This document shows positions 1-10,779 of a stretch of DNA of 64,000 nt, piece by piece; position 1 is the first letter of the stretch, and the number at the start of each line of letters is the position of its first letter. The notes beneath the pieces are model-generated. The model did no database searches. It was not told the DNA's origin and saw only the letters and a program-made list of their open reading frames with translations. This DNA is from an uncultured Acidobacteriota bacterium. GTDB taxonomy: Bacteria; Acidobacteriota; Polarisedimenticolia; J045. The stretch spans positions 32,001-96,000 of the forward strand of contig CAVPCQ010000017.1 of assembly GCA_963702425.1 (NCBI GenBank). Reading direction: 5' to 3'. The position numbers were made by a program, and so were the translations under genes.

Positions 1-82
1 TTTTCGAAGCACAGCTCTCGCCTTCCGCGCGGCGTGGCACGGCCTGGGGCGAAGCCAAGTCCTCCCGGCCGGGCTCCGCGGT

Positions 83-1570
83 TTACCGGTGCAATGGCCT
101 CCGCGCGACCTCAGCCAGCGCCGCGATCCCCGCCTCGATCTCGTCCGCCGACAGGCTCGAGAAGCCGAGCCGCAGATGGCGCGAGCCGCCCTTGTCCACG
201 CGATACGACGTGCCGTCGGTGACGAAGAGGCCGGCCCGCCGCGCCGCAACCGCGAGGCGCCGTGCGTCGGTCCGCGTGTCGAGCCACAGCGCCATGCCGC
301 CGGCGGGCGTGTCGAACTCCCAGCCGAGCGTCGCCGCGACGCGCGCGAGCGCGCCGACCATCGTGTCGCGCCGGGACTCGTAGTGCCGGCGCATCCGGCG
401 CATATGCCGTTCCAGTCCGCCCGAGTTGAACCAGCGCGCGATCGCGTCCTGGAGGATCGAGTCGTTCTGGTGCGTGACGATCCGGCGGAACTGCAGGAGG
501 GCGCGCTCGGCCGAGCGCGGCGCGACGAGAAAGCCGATCCGCGCCGCCGGGAAGAGGACCTTCGACAGCGTCGACGCGTAGATCACGCGCTGCTCGGGAT
601 CGTAGCTCGCGAACGGCGGCAGCGGCTCTGTCCGGTAGTGGAACTCGTGGTCGTAATCGTCCTCGAAGATCACGATGTCGTGGCGCGAGGCGATCTCGTA
701 GATCCGGAGCCGCTTCGCGACCGGCAGCGTCACCGTGGTCGGGAACTGGTGCAGCGGCGTCAGGAAGAGCAGCCGGATCGGGACCCGTCGCGCGAGGCGC
801 TCGAACGCGTCCACGTCGAGACCGTCGCTTTCCATCGGCAGGGCGACGACGCGCGCCCCCGCCGCGCGGTACGTCTCGCGCGCCGGCGGGTAGGTGAACT
901 CCTCCATCGCCACGACATCACCGGGGCGCACGAGCAGCTGCGCGACCAGGAACACCGCCTCCTGGGATCCGTTCGTCACGATCACGCCGCGTCCCGTGAG
1001 CCCGCGCATCCGGCGGAGGTAGTCCTCCAGGGCGGCCACGAGCGACGGGTATCCGCGCGGATCGCCGTAGTCGAAGATCGCGGTCCGGGGCCGGCGCAGG
1101 ACGTCGGCCAGGTGCGTGCGGAGCTCGGCCACCGGAAACAGCGCGAAGTCGGGAAGCCCGGACTCGAAGTTGAACCGCACCCCCGGCGACGGTGCGAGCG
1201 GATCGAGCCGCGCCTCGCGCGCCCAGTCCCAGGCGTGGGCGCGGGGTCGTCGTGGCGCGGACTTGGCCGACGGGGGGCGGGCCTGGAAGTAGTCGACGGG
1301 CAGCGCCGGCGCGACGCGGAACGCTCTCCGCTGCTCGCCGACGATTCACCCCTCGGCCTGCAACTCGGCGAGGGCCGCGACCACGGTGTTGCGGTGGACC
1401 CCGAGTTCCTCGGCGAGGGCGCGGGTCGAAGGAAGTTTCTCGCCGGGCCGCGCCAGTCCCCCGGCCAGCGCGTCGCGAATCGCCCGCGCGATCCTCAGGT
1501 AGTGCGGGCCGCCCGATTGCGGCACGTTCAGGGTCAGAGCACGCACGGTCGCTCCCGTCGGCGAGTCCAA
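83..1570 (-). pseudogene. MocR/GabR-type GntR regulator (wHTH + PLP aminotransferase domain) with one in-frame TGA
   Basis: HTH part 1346-1570 (LPSTRALAEELGVHRNTV) is in frame with the aminotransferase part 83-1180 (EDDYD, STLSKVLFP). A TGA at 1346-1348 sits where TGG (AEGWI) is expected. Confidence 0.8.
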
Positions 1571-1649
1571 TCTGGCCTAGGCGGATTATAGATTCTGGCT
1601 TTTCTGGGTGCTCCACCTGAATCGTACGCTCCTGATCGGAGGAGAAACG

Positions 1650-3940
1650 ATGCCGGAACTGAACCCGTACAAGAGGCGCGTGCACACCGCCCTGCTCGCC
1701 CTCGCGGTCGTCGCCGTGGGCTGGGCCGCGCCTGCGTTGGCCCACGTCGTACCGATGACCGCGGACGAGATGGTCCGCGCCGCACGCTTCGTCGTCGTCG
1801 CCACGGTGACCGACAAGCACGCGGAGTGGAACGACCGTCACAACCTGATACTGACCCGCTACACCCTGTCCGTAGAAGACGGCCTGCGCGGCAGGCCGCC
1901 CGCCGCGCTGACGGTCGTGGTGGCCGGCGGCACGCTCGACGGCGAAACGCACGAGTCGTGCATGACCGTCGACCTTGCGGTCGGCAGGCGCTACGTCCTC
2001 TTCGTCAACGACCCGTCCGTGCCGACGTTCAGCTCGTTCACGGGCGCCCAGGCCGGAGTGCTCGCCGAGGTCCGCACGACCGACGGGAGGGAGCCGTCGA
2101 TCGCGTCCGCCGGCGGAACGTTCGTCGCGCTGACCGGCGGCGAGCGCGTGCCGTTCCGCGAGTTCGTCGACCGGCTGCGCGCGTTCATCGACCTGGCGGA
2201 CCGCACCCTCGGCCCGCCGGCCCGCTCCCCGTCGTGCACGACCCGCCGCTGCCGGCCAAGACCTATGACCCGGCTGGCGCGAGCTTCCCCGAAGGCCGGC
2301 TGTTCGTTCCGCAGACCCCCCCGGCGGTGACCGGGCCAGGCGAGCCGGAACACCCGGTGATGTGGCATCTCGACGCGTCGTCCGCGAGCCTCGTCCCGCC
2401 GAAGCCGGACCAGGGGACCGACTACAGCTACTCCCGCGCACCCGGACGCTACATCGTCTGGAACGAACTGGCCCCGAACTTCGCGCCGTGGTCGCCGCAC
2501 GACCAGTACATGATGTCGCGCTGGAACGCCTACGGGGACATCCACCGCATCTCGGGGAACCCGACCGGGAACTGGGCGTGGCGCAACAACCGCTTCAACA
2601 TGACCGGATGGCCGTCGAGCCAGGAGATGATGAACGCGTTCGGCCAGGGCTGGGGCGCTGACGAGCTGGCCGTCTGCTGGGCGCGCTGGTTCGGCAGCGG
2701 GCCGATCGTCGAAGCCGACATCTCGATGAACCCGGCCTTCGGCTGGACGCTCGAAAACGAGTGGGGGACCCGCGGCGCCAACGGCGATTGGAGCTACGAA
2801 CAGACCGTGCTGCACGAGCTCGGCCATTCGTGGGGCCTCGGCCATCCCTGGGAGTCCCAGAACGTCTGGTGGGATTCGGTGATGAACTATGCCCCCAAGG
2901 AGTACCGCTCCCCGGTCCTTTTCGCCGACGACACGAACGCGATCCGCGCGGCCTACCCGGGGATCGGTGTCCACGACGGCCTGATCTCGATGTACCAGAC
3001 CGTGGACACCGCCAACGACAGCAACGCGACCTACCTCGACTCGTACCCGTGGGAGTCCAGTGTCCAGCAGGGCGACAGCATCCACTTCAACCGGAGCTTC
3101 AAGGTCGAGAACGCCGGCACCGACAACATCGTCGATCCGCGCGTCGACGTCTACCTGACGCCGCAGAGGATGAACTGGTCGGGGAACGTCTACCTGCAGA
3201 GCCTCTACTACTCGCTGACGATGGCGGTCAACTCGACCTGGAGGCTCGATCCCGGCCAGGTCTTCGTCCCGTACGGCACGCCGCCGGGCGACTACTGGGT
3301 GGCGCTCTGGCTGAACGATCCCACCGACGCGTACGCCTACAACAACGGCGCCTGGGGCATCCGTAGCCTGAGCGAGCTGACCGTGACCTCGTACCCCTGG
3401 ACGATCTACCCGATCTTCTACTGGCAGTACCAGGGCGTGACCCTCGGCCCGAACGGGCAGTACGACTTCTACTTCTACGGCTCCCAGGGGCAGCGCTACG
3501 ATCTGAGCACCTGCCCCGGCGACGGCGCCGGCGCGGGGTTCGACACGGTGCACCGCGTCTACGACCCGAACGGCGCGCTGGTCGGGTACAGCGACGACGC
3601 GTGCGGCTATCAGTCGCGCACCTCCTTCGAGGCGCGGACCGAAGGGCAGTACCACGTCACGCTGCGCGGGTTCGGCGCGAGCGACTACGGCTGGGTGACG
3701 ATGGGCTACCGCGCGCGGACGTTCCTGTCGAGTGCGGCGGCCTTCGAGGTCCCGCTCAGGAACCTCGAGGCCGACTCGGTCGCGCTGTCCTGGTTCGGGG
3801 ACAACGGCCCGTACGACCTCGAGCGCGCGACCTCGCCCGACTTCTCCGACGCCGTGCGACTGCTCGACGGTACGCTCGATACGTCCTACAGCGACCCCGT
3901 GCTCTCGGACGGTGTGACGTACTTCTACCGCGTGCGCTGA
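1650..3940 (+). CDS. Secreted metzincin/matrixin-like metalloprotease, frameshifted near 2220-2240
   Basis: Signal peptide in ORF 1608-2330 with an RBS before ATG 1650. HELGHSWGLGH and Met-turn SVMNY lie in ORF 1826-3940. The two frames join near 2230. Confidence 0.7.
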
Positions 3941-4061
3941 GGCTCGAAGAAACGGCCAGGGGGTGGCCGTTCGCGGCTGCCCCTGTCCCTCGCCGGCCGC
4001 TACCTCTCCTGGGCCGAGTTACTGCGTCGAGTGTTCGCTCTGGACGCCCTCCGCTGCCCGC

Positions 4062-4568
4062 AGTGCATCACAGACTACGTACCGCGATCTTGAACTTCCC
4101 GATCGTGTCGTTGTCACCCATCGGCCGCATCCGCTGCGAGGGCAGTCGCTGCAAGTGACCCGCCTGCGCCGGTTGGGCAGCGGGGCCTGTTGGTGCGTTC
4201 GTCTGCCCGACGGCTCCACCGGTGTCGTGCCGTGCCGCTGGACCGACCATCCGCTCACGGACGTCCCGCCGGCGTCGTCGGAGGCGCACGGCCGCGCGAC
4301 CCCGCGGGCGCTGCGCGATCTCACGCGACTGCTCGAACGGCTTGTCCTCCCGGACCCGGACCTCGATGCTCCCGCTGGCGATTCGGCAGAAGGAGGTCGG
4401 CATGGGCGAGCAAGGCCGTCTGTTCGAGCGGCACCCGCTCCCGTGGGTGGTGCGACTGTGGAGCACGATCGAGCCCGACGCGCGACGGGAGGTGGTCACG
4501 CTGCTGGCGGAGATGGCTCGCCGGTCGCTGCTCGCACGCGGGTCGGACGGCCCGGAGGAGTCGGATGA
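4062..4568 (+). CDS. DUF5372/Y4bD-like small protein without an evident start in the integrated state
   Basis: VTHRPHPLRG...LPDGS...VPCRWTD resembles ITHPFHPL...EDGS...VPRGWTS of type B. Confidence 0.6.
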   Translation, partial: SASQTTYRDLELPDRVVVTHRPHPLRGQSLQVTRLRRLGSGACWCVRLPDGSTGVVPCRWTDHPLTDVPPASSEAHGRATPRALRDLTRLLERLVLPDPDLDAPAGDSAEGGRHGRARPSVRAAPAPVGGATVEHDRARRATGGGHAAGGDGSPVAARTRVGRPGGVG

Positions 4569-4578
4569 TGAATCTTGA
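4402..4578 (+). CDS. Small protein upstream of LSR
   Basis: AGGAGG RBS, MGEQGRLF...; overlaps the LSR start; repeated at 29912-30088. Confidence 0.6.
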   Translation: MGEQGRLFERHPLPWVVRLWSTIEPDARREVVTLLAEMARRSLLARGSDGPEESDDES

Positions 4579-5974
4579 CGAGATCACCCCGGCCCAGCGC
4601 GCGCGGTGGGCCTGCGTCTACGTGCGGCAGTCGTCGCTCCACCAGGTCCGCCAGCACCCGGAGAGCCAGCGTCGCCAGCGCGAGCTCGTCGAGCGCGCCG
4701 TCGCGCTGGGCTGGCCGCCCGAGCGGATCACCGTCTTCGACCAGGCCTGGGCGAGACCGCGGCCCGCAGCGGCGAGCGCGCCGGCTTCGACGAGATGGTC
4801 GCCCAGACGGCGTTGGGACAGGTCGGCCTGATTCTCGGCCTCGACGTCTCGCGCATTTCGCGGAGCAACCGGAATTGGTACCATCTGCTCGACATCTGCG
4901 CGATCCGTCAGACGCTGATCGGCGATGCCGAAGGGATCTACGACCCGCGGGCCTACAACGATCGGCTGTTGCTGGGCCTGAAAGGGACGATGAGTGAAGC
5001 CGAGCTGCACATGATGAAGCAGCGCCTGGTCGAAGCGATGCGCAGCAAGGCGCAGCGGGGCGCGTTCCGCTTCCGGCCGGGTCCGGGTTACGTCTGGGAC
5101 GACGCCGGCCGCTTGGTGAAGGACCCGGACGCGCAGGTGCGGGCGACGATCGAGCGGATCTTCGCCTGCTTCGAGCAGCTCGGTACCGTGCGGGCCGCCC
5201 ACCGCGCGCTGCTCGCCGACGGGATCGAGGTGCCCGTCCTGAGCGGTCCCGGCCACCGCACGCGCTTCCAGCCGCCGGACGAAGGCTACCTGTATCGCCT
5301 GCTGCGGAATCCGCTCTACGCCGGGGCCTACGTCTACGGCCGGAGCCAGGTCGTCGAAGCGCTCGATGCGGCGCAGCGACCGATCAAGCGCCTGCGCCGC
5401 CGGGCCCCGGAGCAGTGGCCGGTGCTGATCCAGGATCATCACGAGAGCTACCTCGCGTGGGAGCAGTTCGAGCGCAACCAGCGCCAGATCGCGTCCAACC
5501 GCAAGGGACCGGGACCCGGCCCGCCGCGCGAAGGCCGGTCGCTGCTGCAGGGGCTCTTGCTCTGCGGTCGTTGCGGCCGGCGGATGCAGGTGAGCTATGG
5601 CCGTCGCGGCCGGCACGTGCGGTACACCTGCGGGGGTCGGCGCCGGCAGTTGCAGGGCGGTTCGGCAAGCTGCCCGGACGTCGGGGCGCTGCGGATCGAA
5701 CAGGCGGTCGAGAAGCTGGTCCTGAGCGCGCTGGAACCGCTGGGCGTGGAGGCGCTGCTCGAGGCCTCGGCGCGGCACGCCGAGGCGAGTGTCCAGGAGC
5801 GGGTGCGCTGGGAGCAGCAGATCGAGCGCGCGCGCTACGAAGTCGACCTGGCGCGTCGGCAGTACGAGGCCGTCGTAACCGTTCCGGCAACCGCAGGTTC
5901 CGCCCGGCAAGAATTCGAGCGAGCATGCGCATGCCATGAAACGGGACGTTGGCTGGCGGTTGGATCGGGGACGA

Positions 5975-7588
5975 TCAGTCGGTGGATTCAGGCCGACTCT
6001 GGCGCGCCGCGGCCCAATGCGGCGGGAGGAGTTCCTCGATCTGGCGCTGGGGCCAGCCTTCGGCGAGCTTCTCGAGGACGTCGCGCAGGTACGCCGCGGG
6101 ATCGACGCCATGCAGCCGGCAGGTGCCGAGGACGGTGTAGATCACGGCGGCGCGCTCGGCACCGACGTCGGAGCCGGCGAAAAGCCAGTTGACGCGGCCG
6201 ATGGCGATGCTGCGCAGTTCTCGCTCCACCGGGTTGTTGTCCAGTTCGAGCCGCCCGTCTTGCAGGAACCGACAGAGCGCATCCCACTGGTTGGCGGTGT
6301 ACGTGAGCGCCTGGCCCAGTGGACTCTTCGGCGGCGCCTCGCCGCGCATCCGGTCGACCCAGACCTTGAACTTGGCGAGGATGTCGCGCGAGTACTCGTC
6401 GCGCAGCGCCCTGCGCTGCTCGGGCGTGCAGCTGCGGCCGTCGGCCAACCACTCCACTTCGTACAGCCGGCGGACGAAGGCGATGCCCACGGCGGCGCGC
6501 AGATCGACCGCCAGCGCTTTGTGGTAGTACCGCCGCGCGTGGGCGAAGCAGCCGACCTCGACGAGCCGGGCCGCGGGGCCGCGGAACAGCCGGTCGAAGC
6601 CGGCGTAGGCGTCGGCCTGGAGCCAGCCCTTCCGCCCGGCCAGGACGGCCTGCGGTCCCGCGCCCGACCAGTCCGGGGTGTAGTCGTAGGTCACCCAGCG
6701 CCGGTCGCCGAGATAGGCCCACATGTGGCCCCGCTTCGATCCACCCGCCTTGTCGGCGTCGAGCACCCGCAACGGCGTGTCGTCCACCTTCAGGTCGTGA
6801 GCGGCGAGGGTGTGCCCCCGGATCAGGCGGGCCAACGGCTCGAGCTCGGTCGCGACCGCAGCGACCCAGCCGGCGAGGGTCGAGACCGCCAGATCGACGC
6901 CGTGGCGGGCGTAGATGCGGCGCATCCGGTGCAACGGCGCGTGGTCGAAGTACTTCCGGACGATCACGTCGGCCAGCAGGCCGGGGCCGGGGATCCCACC
7001 GTCGATCGGCTTGGGCGCGGGTGGGGCAATGCTGATCTCGCCCTCGCATTCCGCGCAAGCATCCTTGGCCCGCCGGATCTCGATCACCTTGAAGTGACCC
7101 GGCACCCACTCCAGCATCTCGCTTGTTTCAAAGCCGATGCGCTGTTGCTTTTCCTTCCCACAGACGGGACAGATGCGATCCGCTGCTGCGGGCTCCAGCA
7201 CGACGACCTCGCGCGGCAGATGCCTGGGCAGCGGCTTGCGGATCGCGCGCCGCTTGGGCGGCGCGGCGGGCGCGGGCTCGGGCATGCTGACGGGTTCCGC
7301 CAACTCGTCCGGCGTCGCCTGGGCGGAGGCGAGCACTTGCTCGAGGAACAAACCGAGTTGCGCACTCGGGATCTTCTCCGAGCGGCGGCCGAACTTGTCG
7401 GCCAACAGGCGGGCCAAGCGCACGCCGAGCCGATCGTTCTCCTGCTTGAGCGTGGACAGCAGCGTGACCACGAGTTCGACCGCGTCGGCGTGCCGACCTG
7501 CGGCGAGCAAGGACTCGATCTCGCCGCGGAACGCGTCGATGCTGGCTTGGGTCGCGGGCAGCGTCGCCATGACGCAGGAATCAGACAC
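5975..7588 (-). CDS. tnpC: IS66 transposase TnpC
   Basis: KFGRRSEK, CPVCG, DDTP, LQADAY, CFAHARR and DNNPVER motifs. Confidence 0.92.
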   Translation of the reverse strand: MSDSCVMATLPATQASIDAFRGEIESLLAAGRHADAVELVVTLLSTLKQENDRLGVRLARLLADKFGRRSEKIPSAQLGLFLEQVLASAQATPDELAEPVSMPEPAPAAPPKRRAIRKPLPRHLPREVVVLEPAAADRICPVCGKEKQQRIGFETSEMLEWVPGHFKVIEIRRAKDACAECEGEISIAPPAPKPIDGGIPGPGLLADVIVRKYFDHAPLHRMRRIYARHGVDLAVSTLAGWVAAVATELEPLARLIRGHTLAAHDLKVDDTPLRVLDADKAGGSKRGHMWAYLGDRRWVTYDYTPDWSGAGPQAVLAGRKGWLQADAYAGFDRLFRGPAARLVEVGCFAHARRYYHKALAVDLRAAVGIAFVRRLYEVEWLADGRSCTPEQRRALRDEYSRDILAKFKVWVDRMRGEAPPKSPLGQALTYTANQWDALCRFLQDGRLELDNNPVERELRSIAIGRVNWLFAGSDVGAERAAVIYTVLGTCRLHGVDPAAYLRDVLEKLAEGWPQRQIEELLPPHWAAARQSRPESTD

Positions 7589-7618
7589 CCATCCACGCGC
7601 CGTGTCAAGAGACTAAAT

Positions 7619-8002
7619 CTAATATTGCAGTCCTGCTCGCGCACCACCCGCGCGCGGCTCCCAGCGCGGGCGGCGCCGAGCGCCCGCCAGCTCGATCCCC
7701 TCCAGCATCAGCAGCAGTTCACCCGCTTCGACCTCGAGCACCACCGCCCCCGGCGGCACCTGTCGCGGCAGGTGGAACACGCCGCGCTCGAGCCGCTTGT
7801 AGACGATCACGAACCCGCCGCGGTCCCACCAGAGGCACTTGCAGGCGTCCCCGCGACGATTCCGGAACACGAAGAGATGCCCCGAGAGCGGGTCGTCGCG
7901 CAGGGTCTCACGCACCGCCGCCGACAGGCCGTCGAACGAACGCCGAATGTCCACCGGATCGACGGCCAGGTGGATCCGCACCGCCGGCGGCAGCGTCAGC
8001 AC
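7619..8002 (-). CDS. tnpB: IS66 accessory protein TnpB
   Basis: PVDIRRSFDGL, LFVFRNRR, LWWDRGG, KRLERG. Confidence 0.9.
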   Translation of the reverse strand: MLTLPPAVRIHLAVDPVDIRRSFDGLSAAVRETLRDDPLSGHLFVFRNRRGDACKCLWWDRGGFVIVYKRLERGVFHLPRQVPPGAVVLEVEAGELLLMLEGIELAGARRRPRWEPRAGGARAGLQY

Positions 8003-8373
8003 GGGCCCTGCAGCTCGCGCACGAGCGCCGCCAGCTCGGCGACTCCGAAGCGCCCGGCCAAGCGCGCGACGCCAGCGGCCGTCACCACCTCGAGCGCGCT
8101 CCCCGCACCGTTCGGCGGCGTGGCGATCAGCTCCACCAAGCGCACGGGCATCGCGCGGGAACCCTCCGCGAGCCGCCTCCGCCAGCGGTACAGCCGCTCC
8201 GCGGAGTAGCCTTCGCGACCTGCGAAGGCCCACACCGACAGCCTCGAGCCGCGCTGCCGCTCCAGAACCGCCCGCGCCTGCTCCGGCGTCCAGCGCTTCG
8301 AATCCTTGCTGCTTGCCGCACGCGAACGTGACCGGCCTCGCGACATCGCCATGCCTCCCGATGCGGGAGTCAA
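7996..8373 (-). CDS. tnpA: IS66 TnpA-like HTH protein
   Basis: SRLSVWAFAGREG...LYRWRRRL; first ORF of the element. Confidence 0.75.
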   Translation of the reverse strand: MTPASGGMAMSRGRSRSRAASSKDSKRWTPEQARAVLERQRGSRLSVWAFAGREGYSAERLYRWRRRLAEGSRAMPVRLVELIATPPNGAGSALEVVTAAGVARLAGRFGVAELAALVRELQGPC

Positions 8374-9745
8374 GCATCGCGCGCGGCGCGGGGGGCGCGG
8401 AAGATGCGGTTGCCGGAACGCTTACAGGCCGTCGATCCGGCCCACCGCCTGGTCGCCGGGGAGCTGGAGCGGCGCTGGGAAGTCGCCCTGAAGGCGCTGG
8501 AGGACGTGCGGCGCCGGGCGGAGGCCCAGCTCCGCACGCTCGAGCCGGCGCTCGGCGAGGACGACCAGCGACGGCTGCGGCAGACCCTCGCAGCGCTGCC
8601 GCGCCTGTGGCAGGCGGCGACGACGCGGGTCCAGGACAAGAAGCGGGTCCTGCGCTGCCTGATCGAGAATGTCGTCGTCGCGATTCCGGACGACGGCCCG
8701 GAGGTGCGGGTCGAGGTGCACTGGGTGGGCGGCGAGATGACACCGCTGGCCGTGCGGCGCGGCCGCCCGGGCGAGACACGTTTCATCGCCGACGAGGCGC
8801 TGGTGGCGCTGGTGCGGGACCTTGCCGTGGAGTTCACCGATGACCAGATCGCGCGGATCCTCGGGCGCAAGGGGCTCAAGACCCCGACCGGGCTGCCCTT
8901 CACGCGGCTGCGCGTGACCTCGATGCGTGGCAACCACGACCTCCCCGGGCTCGGACGCCAGCCGTTGGACGGCGCGGATGTGTACGACGCCGATCAGGCC
9001 GCCGAGAAGCTCGGCGTCGCGACCAGCACGGTGATCCGCTGGGTGGAGCTGGGCCTGCTGAAGGGCAGGCAACGCACGCCCGGTGCCCCGTGGCGCATCC
9101 GCGTGACGGCGGACGACCAGCGCCGGCTCACCGAGGTCGACGCGCCCGCGGGCTGGCTCCCGCTCAAGGCTGCCGCCCTCGCCCTGGGTGTCAGCCAGCA
9201 GACGGTCTTGCACCAACTCAAGGGCGGGCAACTCGAAGGCGTCCGGGTCCGGGTCCGAGCCCGATCGGCCTGGCGAATCCACGTCCCGTCAACGCGTTAC
9301 CCATCACGGACGACGCTCTTCGACTGAGCGGTATTCGAGGTGACTGAGTATGTGCGACACACCCCGCGCTGCTCGTCCCGCATGAAGATCCTGGCCCAGA
9401 TCCACCCGCCCGACACGACCCGCGCGATTCTCGACTGCCTCGGGCTGGCCTCTCGCGCCCCGCCCCGCGCGCCGGCCCGCGCCGAGCCCGACCCGCTCCC
9501 CTTTCCCGGGAACGCCGCCGCGGACTGAGCTCATCGACGAACGCCCGGGCCCTCGCGGGTCGTGCCAACCCGGAGGGCGGGACTCCGCCTCCGCGGCCGA
9601 CCTCCGCGCGTCCCTTTCGGCCCGCTCGCCGCGACGCGCCGCGTCCGACCAGGGCCGGCCCCCGCGGCTGGCCGCTCCCCCTTCCCCGGCAGGCCTGCGG
9701 CTACGCTCTCCGCCTCAGAATCCGCGGCTTGAATCGCCTATCCTC

Positions 9746-10617
9746 AGCACGGCCTGCTGCACCCACCGATCCACGACATTCGGGATACCGAGTCCCCGTT
9801 CGCCCCCGCCCGGCTTCGGAATCCAGACGCGGCGGATGTCTCCCGGGCGGTAACTCCCGTCCAGCAGTCTGCGTCGCAACGACCACAACAGACGAGGCGA
9901 AGCTGCGACCACCTCGTCCACGCTGCGACCGTCCACTCCGGGTGCCCCTTTGTTCCTTGCAACGTTCCTCAGGGCCACCGCCAGGTTTCGCGGCTCGGCA
10001 ATCCGGTCGAGCAGCCGATCCGGGGTGACCCTACTGGTGCCGCAGTCGTTTGTCGCGCTGTTCTTCGCTATGTGCAGCAGAAAGTCCCTCTCCCCGGATG
10101 CGTCCGTGGAGCGTGGCTTCCCGCCCCCTTGCGGGCTGGCGGCGAACGCGAAGACCAATTGACAGGACTCCGGCTTTCTCAACCCATCTCCCCCTTCGCT
10201 CGACCGACTTTCATCGGCTTCATCGCTACTACGAGGAGATCTGACTTCTCCACCGGCGTCGAGCGCTCGTCCTTCTCTCCTCGCGCTCTACCGCTGCCTG
10301 CGGACCCGTGGAGATCTCCCTGGGTAAGAACGAGCAATGTCCCGCCGCCGCCGCCCTCAATACCGTCCTGCCTCGACTGGATATCGGGCGTCGCGTTGAC
10401 GGGCACGCTCACCCGGATCAGGCCGGCCTTACGAGGGTTCACTTGCGTTCGGTGCTGCGGTTTGTCTAAGGCTTCTACCCCACACGCCCTCGCGGGTTCG
10501 GCCCGGTCAGCAGCCTTGAATGGCCGAGCCTCGTGCAGTTGCCTTCGACTCACGGTTGCCTCCAGTAGGCCCCGCAGGGGACTTCCACCCCCAATCACTC
10601 ATCCATGCCAGGCACAC
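9746..10617 (-). mobile_element. Group IIC intron, 5' part only, RT truncated by module 1 terminus
   Basis: 5' end GTGTGCCTGGCATGG at 10617. RT N-terminus NKGAPGVDG...IPKPGGGERGLGIP...DRWVQQA is cut at ~9745. Confidence 0.85.
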
Positions 10618-10751
10618 CCGGTCGCCCTCCGGGCTCCCTCCGCGCCCACCGACGGACCCTTCTTCCGATCACGTTGCCGTCTCGTCATGGTCGTCCCCTT
10701 GGACATCAGTCTCTCCTCTAAACTGTGTCCAAGAAAACCGGGTCCGCCTCA
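10618..10751 (-). mobile_element. Probable IS left-end remnant (IS3-like), interrupted by the intron
   Basis: TGAGGCGGACCCGGTTTTCTTGGACAC terminus-like sequence followed by a short ORF start. Confidence 0.4.
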
Positions 10752-10779
10752 GCGGGCCGTAGCGGAATAATGACAGGTG

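Larger units (their letters stand above)
5875..8425 (-). mobile_element. IS66-family element
   Basis: Terminal IRs GTAA(C/G)CGTTCCGGCAACC; 8-bp target duplication AGGCCGTC (5867-5874, 8426-8433). Confidence 0.95.
4565..9327 (+). pseudogene. Large serine recombinase A, frameshifted (~4746) and interrupted by IS66
   Basis: YVRQSS catalytic motif and CGRCG zinc ribbon. CCAGGCCTG here versus CCAGGACCTG in the intact copy. Confidence 0.9.
4062..9367 (+). mobile_element. LSR element type A, copy 1 (inactivated)
   Basis: Core CCCGC at 4057-4061 and 9363-9367. Near-identical to 29572-32319 apart from the IS66 insertion and a 1-bp deletion. Confidence 0.9.
3994..9745 (+). mobile_element. Module 1: IS91-like 3' fragment carrying LSR element A1, ending at oriIS-like terminus
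   Basis: RYLSWAELLRRVFALDALRCP | RCSSRMKILAQIHPP is split by the insertion. The module ends GAATCGCCTATCCTC at 9745. Confidence 0.85.

Noticed and set aside
1346-1348. TGA recoding (genetic code 4 or 25)
   Set aside because: TGA terminates many clear genes in this window.
3983-3994. CTGTCCCTCGCC matches the IS ends at ~59823 and ~60491
   Set aside because: Only 12 bp of GC-rich identity; insufficient to call an IS end.
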